Positions 1 through 8,052 of a stretch of 32,703 nt of DNA are shown one piece after another. Numbering within the stretch: the first letter of the stretch is position 1; the number at the start of each line of letters is the position of its first letter. A program made the translations under genes and the position numbers. Source of the DNA: Rhodanobacter sp. (lineage in GTDB: Bacteria; Pseudomonadota; Gammaproteobacteria; Xanthomonadales; Rhodanobacteraceae); the NCBI GenBank assembly GCA_035514935.1, contig DATJCF010000049.1, positions 1 to 32,703 on the forward strand. The letters run 5' to 3'. Below the pieces are notes generated by a model. That model made no database searches. It was not told the DNA's origin and saw only the letters and a list, made by a program, of their open reading frames with translations.

Positions 1-364
1 TTACGAGCTGGACTACGAGACCAGCGTGCCGAAGAAGGGCGCGCACTTCCTCGAAGGCCTGCGTGACCTGCAGAAGCGCCACAAGGAAATCGGCGACGTC
101 GACGGCCTGGGCCTGGCCCTGCGCGCCGAGATCTGCACCGACGACGGCTTCACCCCGAACAAGGCGTTGCTGGACCGCATGGTCGACATCGGCCTGGCCG
201 GCGACCTCGAGCACAACGGCAGGAAAATCGGCCTCGTGCTCGACGTGGGCGGCTGGTACAAGAACGTGATCACGTTCGCGCCGTCGCTGGAGATCACGCA
301 TGAGGAGATCGACCTGGCGATCAGCTTGCTGGACCAGTTGCTGACTAAGGCGAAGAAGGGCTGA
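1..364 (+). CDS. Class-III PLP-dependent aminotransferase, C-terminal part (5' truncated by window edge)
   Basis: Frame is open from the window start (YELDYETSVPKKG...). C-terminal pattern IGDVDGLGLALRAEI...GGWYKNVITFAPSLEITHEEID is typical of class-III aminotransferases. Confidence 0.8.
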   Translation, partial: YELDYETSVPKKGAHFLEGLRDLQKRHKEIGDVDGLGLALRAEICTDDGFTPNKALLDRMVDIGLAGDLEHNGRKIGLVLDVGGWYKNVITFAPSLEITHEEIDLAISLLDQLLTKAKKG

Positions 365-383
365 CGCCTTCTGTGTGGATCGA

Positions 384-412
384 AGGCCCGGCAGGCGACT
401 GCCGGGCCTCTT
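384..412 (+). terminator. Hairpin, likely intrinsic terminator
   Basis: AGGCCCGGCAG-GCGA-CTGCCGGGCCT: perfect 11-bp stem with GNRA loop, 20 nt after the stop codon; weak U tract. Confidence 0.6.
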
Positions 413-438
413 CACGCCCGCGACTTTCTCCCTCTGCC

Positions 439-828
439 CGTCATGCCTGCGAAGGCAGGCATCGCACTCCAGCCCTCGCGTCTGCAGCAACCCCGACACA
501 CACCAGCAGCGCACGTACCTGTAGGAGCGCACCCTGTGCGCGATGCTCTTGTTGCATCCAAAGCGAAGAGCGGTCGATCGCCTTCGGCGACCGAGTCACT
601 TTCTCCTTGCGTGCTCAAAGAGAAAGTAACCAAAGAGAAAGAGCAACCCGCTTGACGCTTGCCGCCCATCCATGGGCGGTAAGTCCGTGAGCCGGGGCCG
701 GGCTTTTCGACAGGGCATCCTGCCCTGGCGAAAAGGCATCGACATCCCTGTCGATGCCCGCTGCGCGGCCTGTCGTCCCCGCCTCGCCGCCGCACAGGGG
801 CCCCGGTAGAGCAGCGAGCCATCCTGGC
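439..828 (+). repeat. Composite structured repeat, left copy (GTCA-type REP + GTAG-type REP + multi-hairpin element)
   Basis: CGTCATGCCTGCGAAGGCAGGCATC at 439-463; GTAGGAGCGCACCCTGTGCGCGAT at 521-544; hairpin 595-630; four CATCC(N)TG-loop hairpins at 662-828. Colinear with the reverse complement of 8053-8359. Confidence 0.9.
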
Positions 829-922
829 CCGCGCTCTTAGAAAAAGCCGGAGCAAAAGCCACAGCACCGCGCGCGGATTGTCATGTTCCTTCACGAGGCA
901 AGAGTTGCAGAGCCAATTGTTG

Positions 923-952
923 ATCGACCGTTTGCGACCCAAAGCGGTTATT
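923..952 (-). repeat. ~30-bp imperfect palindrome, left cargo boundary site
   Basis: Minus strand AATAACCGCTTTGGGTCGCAAACGGTCGAT; 17/30 identical without gaps to 8014-8043, in inverted orientation. Confidence 0.5.
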
Positions 953-1021
953 GCTTTGGAGCCGCAAAGCGCCCCTGGGGGTCCATGCCCGATTGGCCAT
1001 GGGGCGGCGTTGCTCGGCCTC

Positions 1022-1050
1022 TTGCAATTGCCTTGGAACGCGAATATGAT
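1022..1050 (+). promoter_or_regulatory. Sigma70-type promoter of the TetR gene
   Basis: TTGCAA (1022-1027) - 17 bp - TATGAT (1045-1050). Confidence 0.7.
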
Positions 1051-1061
1051 GACCGTCATAT
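1044..1061. promoter_or_regulatory. Putative TetR operator 1
   Basis: Palindrome ATATGA-TGACCG-TCATAT overlapping the -10 box and start codon; 17/18 identical to 1677-1694. Confidence 0.8.
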
Positions 1062-1641
1062 GAAACGCGCCCCTACCCGTTCCAAGGAAGCCACCCACGA
1101 GCGCATCGTCGACGTGGCGGCACGCGCTATCCGCGGTAGCGGCTACCACGGCACCGGCGTCGCCGACATCATGAAGGCCGCCGGCCTGACCCATGGCGGT
1201 TTTTATGCCCACTTCCCCACGCGCGAAGCCTTGCTCGCGGAGGCAGCTGACCGCGCAGGCTTCGAGAGCGTGCAGTCGCTGCAGCGTCAGGCCGCGGGTT
1301 CATCGGGGCCGCAGGCGTTGCAGGCAATGATCCAGGCGTATCTGTCCAAAGAACACATGGAAGGCGTGGAGACAGGCTGCCATGTCGCCGCGCTCGGTTC
1401 CGAGATGCCGCGGCAAGGGCCCGAAGTGCGGCACGCGGCGACTCGCAGACTCAAGGAAACGATCGATCTGATCGCCCGGCAGTTCCCGGACTGGGGTCAG
1501 CCAGCCGCGCACGAACGCGCGCTCGTCACGCTGGCGACGATGGTCGGCACCATCGTGTTGGCACGCGCGGTTGACGATCCAAAGTTGTCCGACGCGCTGC
1601 GCGAAGCGGCACTCAAACACCTCGATCCGATTTCCCACTAA
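1060..1641 (+). CDS. TetR/AcrR family transcriptional regulator
   Basis: HTH segment HERIVDVAARAIRGSGYHGTGVADIMKAAGLTHGGFYAHFPTRE. Start moved from 883 to ATG 1060, just downstream of the promoter. Confidence 0.93.
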   Translation: MKRAPTRSKEATHERIVDVAARAIRGSGYHGTGVADIMKAAGLTHGGFYAHFPTREALLAEAADRAGFESVQSLQRQAAGSSGPQALQAMIQAYLSKEHMEGVETGCHVAALGSEMPRQGPEVRHAATRRLKETIDLIARQFPDWGQPAAHERALVTLATMVGTIVLARAVDDPKLSDALREAALKHLDPISH

Positions 1642-1664
1642 CGCGGTGGTGTCACCGCGTTTTC
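1640..1664 (+). terminator. Intrinsic terminator-like hairpin after TetR
   Basis: AACGCGGTG-GTGT-CACCGCGTT followed by TTCCTTT. Confidence 0.6.
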
Positions 1665-1676
1665 CTTTACCCAGCC

Positions 1677-1694
1677 ATATGATGATCGTCATAT
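1677..1694. promoter_or_regulatory. Putative TetR operator 2 (upstream of SDR-RND operon)
   Basis: ATATGA-TGATCG-TCATAT; contains a TATGAT -10-like hexamer. Confidence 0.8.
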
Positions 1695-1729
1695 CAATAC
1701 ACACTTACGCGCACCACAAAGGCACAGTC

Positions 1730-2554
1730 ATGAACTCCAGGAAGAAGGTTGCTCTGGTCACCGGCGCGTCGTCGGGCATCGGCGAAGCAATCGCGCAACG
1801 CCTTTTCAGCGCCGGCTACAAGGTGTACGGCACCAGCCGACGCGGTGGCGTATCGAAGAACGCGTTCGCGATGTTGCCGCTGGATGTCACCAGCGACACG
1901 TCCGTCGCCGCCGCCGTCAGCGAGCTGATCCGCCTGGAGGGCCGCATCGACTTGCTCGTCAATAACGCCGGCTTTGGCACGGCCGCTGCTGGCGCCGAAG
2001 AAAGCTCGATCGAGCAGGCCCGGGCCATCTTCGAAACCAACTTCTTCGGTGTGGCACGCATGATCAAGGCGGTCGTGCCGCACATGCGCCGGCAAGGCAG
2101 CGGCCGGATCATCAACATCAGCTCCGTGCTCGGCTTCCTGCCAATGCCCTATGGCGCGCTGTACTCCGCAAGCAAGCACGCGGTCGAGGGCTACTCCGAA
2201 TCGCTCGACCACGAACTGCGTACGCATGGCATCCGCGTGTCGACGATCGAGCCCGCTTACACGCGCACGCAGTTCGAGACCAACGCGATCGCGGCGGATA
2301 CCCCGATGGCCGAATACGAGAAGGCGCGTGCGCATGTCGACGCAGTGACCAGGGAGTTGTTCACCAAGGCTGACGATCCCTCGGTCGTGGCCGAGGCGGT
2401 GCTGCAGGCGGCCAGCGCCGAGCGTCCGAAGCTGCGCTACACGGCCGGTAGGCAAGCCAAGGTCCTGAGCCTGCTGCGTGCATTCGCTCCGGCATCGGCG
2501 ATCGATGCCGGCATCCGCAAGAACCTCCGCCTGCACTTGCTGCCGACGGAGTAA
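1730..2554 (+). CDS. Short-chain dehydrogenase/reductase (SDR)
   Basis: TGASSGIG, NNAG and YSASK (YxxxK) motifs; start ATG 1730 (MNSRKKVALVT). Confidence 0.93.
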   Translation: MNSRKKVALVTGASSGIGEAIAQRLFSAGYKVYGTSRRGGVSKNAFAMLPLDVTSDTSVAAAVSELIRLEGRIDLLVNNAGFGTAAAGAEESSIEQARAIFETNFFGVARMIKAVVPHMRRQGSGRIINISSVLGFLPMPYGALYSASKHAVEGYSESLDHELRTHGIRVSTIEPAYTRTQFETNAIAADTPMAEYEKARAHVDAVTRELFTKADDPSVVAEAVLQAASAERPKLRYTAGRQAKVLSLLRAFAPASAIDAGIRKNLRLHLLPTE

Positions 2555-2559
2555 CGGCC

Positions 2560-3708
2560 ATGTCCCAGGGCAGCTCGCTGACACCCGTATCGACCGTCCC
2601 TCGCGGTCGCGCGATTTTAATTGCCATCGTCGCCATCTCGGCAGTAACGCTCGGCGCCTGCACCGCCAAATCCGCAGCGGACCCACGCGCCGCGCCACCG
2701 TTGGTGCGCACCACGCTTGTGCACGACACCGGCGCCGCCTCGCGCGCGTTCACCGGTGTGGTCGCCGCACGGGTCCAGAGCGACCTGGGCTTCCGTGTCT
2801 CCGGCAAGGTGCTGGAACGGTTAGTGGATGCCGGACAAACAGTCCGACGTGGCCAGCCGCTCATGCGGATCGACCCGGTCGATCTCAGGCTCGCGGTGAA
2901 TGCGGAGCAGCAAGCCGCCGCCGCTGCCCGAGCGCAAGCGAAGCAGACGGCGCAAGAAGAAGCCCGTTTCCGCACCTTGCTCGGAACCGGTGCCGTTTCA
3001 GTTTCGGCCTACGATCAAGCCAAGGCCGCGGCAGACGCCGCCAAGGCGCAACTCAGTGCGGCCGAGGCCCAGGCCGAGGTCGCGCGCAACGCAAGCCGTT
3101 ACGCGGAACTGGTAGCCGATGGCGATGGCGTCGTCATGGAAACGCTGGCCGAACCCGGCCAGGTCGTCAGTGCCGGACAAGTCGTGGTGCGTGTGGCGCA
3201 CGCCGGGCCCCGCGAAGCCCTGATCCAGCTGCCGGAAACCCTGCGCCCTGCGGTCGGATCCACCGGGCAAGCCACGCTCTTCGGCAAGGACAACGTCGTG
3301 GTTCCGACCCGACTCCGGCAGCTATCGGATGCCGCCGATCCGCTGACCCGCACCTTCGAGGCGCGATACGTACTCGACGGCGACCTGGCCAACGCACCGT
3401 TGGGCGCCACGGTCACCATCCGGATCGCGGATGGACGTGCTGGCGAGCACGACGGCTTGCAGGTACCGGTCGGCGCCCTGGTTGACGCGGGTAAGGGGCT
3501 GGGCGTGTGGGTTGTCAATGGCAACCCAGCGAAGGTGACGTGGCGGCCGGTCACGATCGTGCGCATGAACGATGAAAACGCACGCGTCACCGGCCGGCTC
3601 AGGCAAGGCGAACGCATCGTCGCGCTTGGCGCCCATCTGCTGCGCGAAGGCGAGCAGGTCCGAACCGTGAGCCGGTCCGTCGCCACCACCGCAGGAGCCG
3701 GGCCGTGA
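2560..3708 (+). CDS. RND efflux periplasmic adaptor (MFP), probable lipoprotein
   Basis: Hydrophobic N-terminus ending LGAC; LGFRVSGKVLERLVDAGQTVRRGQPL biotinyl-like motif; coiled hairpin; overlaps the RND gene by 4 nt. Confidence 0.93.
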   Translation: MSQGSSLTPVSTVPRGRAILIAIVAISAVTLGACTAKSAADPRAAPPLVRTTLVHDTGAASRAFTGVVAARVQSDLGFRVSGKVLERLVDAGQTVRRGQPLMRIDPVDLRLAVNAEQQAAAAARAQAKQTAQEEARFRTLLGTGAVSVSAYDQAKAAADAAKAQLSAAEAQAEVARNASRYAELVADGDGVVMETLAEPGQVVSAGQVVVRVAHAGPREALIQLPETLRPAVGSTGQATLFGKDNVVVPTRLRQLSDAADPLTRTFEARYVLDGDLANAPLGATVTIRIADGRAGEHDGLQVPVGALVDAGKGLGVWVVNGNPAKVTWRPVTIVRMNDENARVTGRLRQGERIVALGAHLLREGEQVRTVSRSVATTAGAGP

Positions 3709-6700
3709 GCGCGAGCCGTTTCAACTTGTCGGCACTAGCTGTACGCGAGCGTTCCATCACGCTGTTCCTGATCTTCCTGATCTCCGCCGCCGGCATCCTC
3801 GCGTTCTTCCAGCTCGGACGCGCGGAAGACCCTCCGTTCACGATCAAGCAGATGACGGTCGTCACCGTTTGGCCAGGCGCGACGGCCCAGGAGATGCAGG
3901 ATCAGGTCGCTGATCCGCTGGAAAAGCGTCTGCAGGAGCTGCGGTGGTACGACCGCACGGAAACCTACACGCGCCCCGGCCTCGCTTTCACCATGCTCTC
4001 CCTGCGTGACAGCACGCCGCCTTCGGAGGTCCAGAAGGAGTTCTACCAGGCCCGCAAGAAGCTCGGCGACGAGGCTAGGAGCTTACCCGCCGGCGTCATC
4101 GGCCCCATGCTCAACGACGAGTACTCGGATGTGACGTTTGCGCTCTTTGCCCTCAAGGCCAACGGCGAGCCGAAGCGTCTGCTGGTACGCGACGCAGAAT
4201 CGCTGCGCCAGCAGTTGCTGCACGTTCCGGGGGTGAAGAAAGTCAACATCATCGGGGAACAGCCCGAACGCATCTTCGTCTCCTTCTCCCACGACCGCCT
4301 GGCGACACTGGGCGTGGCACCGCAGGACATTTTCGCCGCGCTCAACAGCCAGAACGTACTGACACCCGCTGGCTCTATCGAGACCAAGGGGCCGCAGGTC
4401 TTCGTTCGCCTCGATGGCTCGTTCGACAACCTGGACAAGATCCGACAAACCCCGATCGTCGCGCAGGGTCGGACGCTGAAACTGTCGGACGTGGCGACCG
4501 TCGAGCGTGGCTATGAAGACCCGGCCACCTTCCTGGTTCGCAATAACGGTGAACCGGCGCTGCTGCTTGGCATCGTCATGCGCGATGACTGGAACGGACT
4601 CGACCTGGGCAAGGCACTTGAAGCAGAGGTCACCAGGATCAACGCGGATCTGCCTCTGGGCATGGCGCTGACCAAGGTGACCGATCAGGCCGTGAACATC
4701 AGTTCAGCGGTAGACGAGTTCATGGTCAAGTTCTTCGTCGCATTGCTCGTCGTGATGGTTGTGTGCTTCCTCAGCATGGGCTGGCGCGTCGGCATCGTGG
4801 TCGCAGCGGCCGTGCCGCTGACGCTGGCTGCCGTGTTCGTCATCATGGCTGCCACCGGCAAGAACTTCGACCGCATCACCCTGGGATCGCTGATCCTGGC
4901 GCTGGGCCTGCTGGTCGACGACGCCATCATTGCCATCGAAATGATGGTGGTGAAGATGGAGGAAGGCTATGACCGCATTGCTGCATCTGCCTACGCCTGG
5001 AGCCACACGGCGGCCCCGATGCTTGCCGGCACGCTGGTCACGGCCATTGGCTTCATGCCCAACGGATTCGCCCGCTCCACGGCAGGCGAGTACACCAGCA
5101 ACATGTTCTGGATCGTCGGCATCGCTCTGATCGCTTCCTGGGTCGTGGCGGTGGCGTTCACTCCCTACCTGGGCGTGAAGCTGCTGCCTGACATCAAGAA
5201 GGTCGAAGGCGGGCATGAGGCGATCTACAACACCCCCCACTACAACCGCTTCCGCCAGGTGCTGGGGCGTGTCATCGCGCGCAAATGGCTGGTTGCCGGC
5301 GCCGTGATCGGCACGTTCGTGCTGGCCATCCTCGGCATGGGGCTGGTCAAGAAGCAGTTCTTCCCGACTTCGGACCGGCCAGAGGTACTTGTCGAGGTGC
5401 AGATGCCGTACGGCACCTCGATTGAGCAAACCAGTGCCGCAACAGCGAAGGTCGAAGCCTGGCTGGCAAAGCAGAAGGAAGCCAGGATCGTGACCTCCTA
5501 CATCGGTCAGGGCGCGCCACGCTTCTTCCTGGCCATGGCGCCTGAGATGCCCGATCCGTCGTTCGCCAAAATCGTGGTGCTCGCGGGCAATGACAAGGAG
5601 CGGGAAACCCTCAAGTTCAGGCTGCGCCAGGCGGTGGCCGACGGGTTGGCGTCCGAAGCGCAGGTACGAGTCACCCAGATCGTGTTTGGCCCTCCCTCGC
5701 CATTTCCTGTTGCCTATCGCGTCATGGGGCCGGACCCGGACAAGCTGCGCACGATTGCACATGAAGTCGAGAGTGTCATGCGCGCCAATCCGATGATGCG
5801 CACCGTCAACACGGATTGGGGCCCGCGTGTACCCGCCTTGCACTTCACGCTCAACCAGGACCGCTTGCAGGCCGTGGGGCTGACCTCCAACTCTGTGGCA
5901 CTGCAACTGCAATTCCTGCTGAGCGGGGTGCCGCTCACGGAGGTGCGCGAGGACATTCGCTCGGTGCAGGTGATGGGCCGCGCAGCGGGCAACATTCGCC
6001 TTGATCCCGAGAAGATCTCCGGCTTTACGCTGGTCGGATCGGCAGGACAACGCGTTCCGCTGTCTCAAGTGGGAACAGTCGATGTGCGCATGGAAGACCC
6101 CATCCTGCGTCGCCGCGACCGCACGCCGACCATGACGGTACGCGGCGACATCGCCGAAGGGCTGCAACCTCCGGACGTTTCCACCGCCGTCCTGAAGCAG
6201 CTGCAGCCGATCATCGAGAAGCTTCCCTCGGGCTACCGGATCGAACAGGCCGGCTCGATCGAAGAAGCCAGCAAGGCCACGACGGCAATGCTGCCGCTGT
6301 TCCCGATCATGATCGCGCTAACGCTGCTCATCATCATTCTGCAAGTTCGTTCGATCGCGGCGATGGTCATGGTGTTTGCCACCAGTCCGCTCGGCTTGAT
6401 CGGCGTGGTGCCGACCTTGCTGATTTTCCAGCAGCCGTTCGGCATCAACGCGCTGGTCGGCCTGATCGCGCTGTCGGGAATCCTGATGCGAAACACACTG
6501 ATCTTGATCGGCCAGATCCATCACAACGAACAGGAAGGCCTGAGCCCGTTCAATGCGGTCGTGGAGGCGACGGTGCAACGCGCCCGGCCGGTGATCCTGA
6601 CCGCATTGGCGGCAATCCTGGCCTTCATCCCGCTAACTCACTCGGTGTTCTGGGGAACGCTCGCCTACACACTGATCGGCGGCACGTTTGCAGGAACGAT

Positions 6701-6812
6701 CCTGACCTTGGTGTTCCTGCCGGCGATGTACGCCATCTGGTTCAAGATCGCGCGCCCTCTGGACAGTAGCCGCGACACGTCGCCCGGCCAGCCAAATGCC
6801 CAGCCAGCATGA
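3705..6812 (+). CDS. RND efflux permease (AcrB/MexK-like)
   Basis: 1035 aa; GLLVDDAII in TM4, RARPVILTALAAILAFIPL in TM11, FNLSALAV N-terminus. Confidence 0.96.
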   Translation: MSASRFNLSALAVRERSITLFLIFLISAAGILAFFQLGRAEDPPFTIKQMTVVTVWPGATAQEMQDQVADPLEKRLQELRWYDRTETYTRPGLAFTMLSLRDSTPPSEVQKEFYQARKKLGDEARSLPAGVIGPMLNDEYSDVTFALFALKANGEPKRLLVRDAESLRQQLLHVPGVKKVNIIGEQPERIFVSFSHDRLATLGVAPQDIFAALNSQNVLTPAGSIETKGPQVFVRLDGSFDNLDKIRQTPIVAQGRTLKLSDVATVERGYEDPATFLVRNNGEPALLLGIVMRDDWNGLDLGKALEAEVTRINADLPLGMALTKVTDQAVNISSAVDEFMVKFFVALLVVMVVCFLSMGWRVGIVVAAAVPLTLAAVFVIMAATGKNFDRITLGSLILALGLLVDDAIIAIEMMVVKMEEGYDRIAASAYAWSHTAAPMLAGTLVTAIGFMPNGFARSTAGEYTSNMFWIVGIALIASWVVAVAFTPYLGVKLLPDIKKVEGGHEAIYNTPHYNRFRQVLGRVIARKWLVAGAVIGTFVLAILGMGLVKKQFFPTSDRPEVLVEVQMPYGTSIEQTSAATAKVEAWLAKQKEARIVTSYIGQGAPRFFLAMAPEMPDPSFAKIVVLAGNDKERETLKFRLRQAVADGLASEAQVRVTQIVFGPPSPFPVAYRVMGPDPDKLRTIAHEVESVMRANPMMRTVNTDWGPRVPALHFTLNQDRLQAVGLTSNSVALQLQFLLSGVPLTEVREDIRSVQVMGRAAGNIRLDPEKISGFTLVGSAGQRVPLSQVGTVDVRMEDPILRRRDRTPTMTVRGDIAEGLQPPDVSTAVLKQLQPIIEKLPSGYRIEQAGSIEEASKATTAMLPLFPIMIALTLLIIILQVRSIAAMVMVFATSPLGLIGVVPTLLIFQQPFGINALVGLIALSGILMRNTLILIGQIHHNEQEGLSPFNAVVEATVQRARPVILTALAAILAFIPLTHSVFWGTLAYTLIGGTFAGTILTLVFLPAMYAIWFKIARPLDSSRDTSPGQPNAQPA

Positions 6813-6985
6813 TCAAACAACATCGCCAAATGGGCCTTCGGGAGACCCTTCATTGCAAGAGGAGAATTAGCATGAGCCTCGTCCAGTCGGCCAACGCAGT
6901 CTTGGGCGACGTTCGCGTCGATGCCGAGGCTCAAGTCACCGCACGTCTCGAGTGCGTATCGCTACACATTGCGCGTCAGGCCTAA
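6809..6985 (+). pseudogene. Small ORF (58 aa, or 37 aa from ATG 6872), possible C-terminal remnant of an Rrf2-family regulator
   Basis: Translated by hand: ...MGLRETLHC...SLVQSANAVLGDVRVDAEAQVTARLECVSLHIARQA*. Resembles the Rrf2 dimerisation helix and precedes a TrxB-like gene, a usual Rrf2 context. Confidence 0.35.
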
Positions 6986-7022
6986 CCCAACTCTCTCTTT
7001 CCATAACTGGGAGCCCATCACC

Positions 7023-7916
7023 ATGAATGACGTCATCATCATCGGCGGCAGCTTTGCCGGCCTCGCCGCCGCCCTGCAACTCGGCCGTGCCCGCCGCAAG
7101 GTCGTCGTTCTCGATACCGGCCTGCCGCGCAATCGCTTCGCGGGCCACTCGCATGGTTTGCTCGGCCACGATCACAGGCCGCCGCTGGATATCCTGGCCG
7201 AGGCACGACAGCAGCTGGCGCGCTATCCCACGATCAGGCTGGTCAATGCCCGGGCCGAGAACATCTCCGGCGCCATCGACGATTTCACCGTACTCACGGC
7301 CGACGGCGAAAGCCTTGGGGCGCGCCGCCTGATCCTTAGCTATGGCGTCGTCGACCAGATGCCTGATGTTCCGGGCTTTGCCGAAGGCTGGGGCACGTCC
7401 ATCGTGCCCTGCCCCTATTGCGACGGCTTTGAAGTTGCCGACCGGCATTGGGGCCTCGTCTGGTCTGGCCCGCAGTCGCACAATTCAGTCAGGCTGTTCC
7501 ACGATTGGACCGATAGGCTGACGCTCTTCACCGATGGTCACGACATCCCGCCCGATATCCGGGCCGATCTGGCGCGCCGCCACATTCCTGTCGTTGATGG
7601 CCGGATCACCGAGATTGCGCATCGCGGGGGCCATGCCGCCACCGTCAATCTCGATACCGGCCCCAATGTCGCGGTCGACATCCTGTTCGCGCATCCGCGC
7701 AACAAGCCTTCTGCAAGCCTGCATGAATCACTGAGCCTCGCCACAGTCGATACGCCACTCGGCATCGTCCTAAAGGTCGACGAGCGCCGCGAAACCAGCG
7801 AGCCCGGCATCTACGCCGCCGGCGACCTCACCAACCCCCTCATTCCCTCTGTCACCACGGCATCGTGGCAAGGTGCGATGGCGGGTATCTTCGCTCAGCA
7901 GTCGATGCTGGTTTGA
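7023..7916 (+). CDS. NAD(P)/FAD-dependent oxidoreductase, thioredoxin-reductase-like
   Basis: DVIIIGGSFAGLAAA FAD-binding start, CPYCDG redox motif, TSEPGIYAAGD; start ATG 7023. Confidence 0.92.
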   Translation: MNDVIIIGGSFAGLAAALQLGRARRKVVVLDTGLPRNRFAGHSHGLLGHDHRPPLDILAEARQQLARYPTIRLVNARAENISGAIDDFTVLTADGESLGARRLILSYGVVDQMPDVPGFAEGWGTSIVPCPYCDGFEVADRHWGLVWSGPQSHNSVRLFHDWTDRLTLFTDGHDIPPDIRADLARRHIPVVDGRITEIAHRGGHAATVNLDTGPNVAVDILFAHPRNKPSASLHESLSLATVDTPLGIVLKVDERRETSEPGIYAAGDLTNPLIPSVTTASWQGAMAGIFAQQSMLV

Positions 7917-8013
7917 GACGACAGCACTACCAAGGCGCCATCAGCGCGATTCGAGGTCGCAACGGCGATCACCGTCTTCATGAGGTGACTAAGACTGGAA
8001 GATGTCTGAAACG

Positions 8014-8043
8014 ACTGTCCGCTTCTGGCCGACAGAAGACGTT
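8014..8043 (+). repeat. ~30-bp imperfect palindrome, right cargo boundary site
   Basis: ACTGTCCGCTTCTGGCCGACAGAAGACGTT; inverted partner of 923-952. Confidence 0.5.
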
Positions 8044-8052
8044 CCCTTTGCC

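Noticed and set aside
661-828. CRISPR-like array of hairpins
   Set aside because: The stems differ in sequence, spacing is irregular, there are no identical direct repeats with unique spacers, and there are no cas genes.
883-1059. 59-aa N-terminal extension of TetR
   Set aside because: It overlaps the boundary palindrome and a good sigma70 promoter; the TetR domain begins at ATG 1060.
373-1212. Several ORFs over the left repeat (373-690, 412-1212, 443-655, 596-862) and their mirror images at 7895-8445
   Set aside because: They are translations of the non-coding repeat; the same peptide (e.g. CSFSLVTFSLSTQ) appears at both copies. No transposase motifs.
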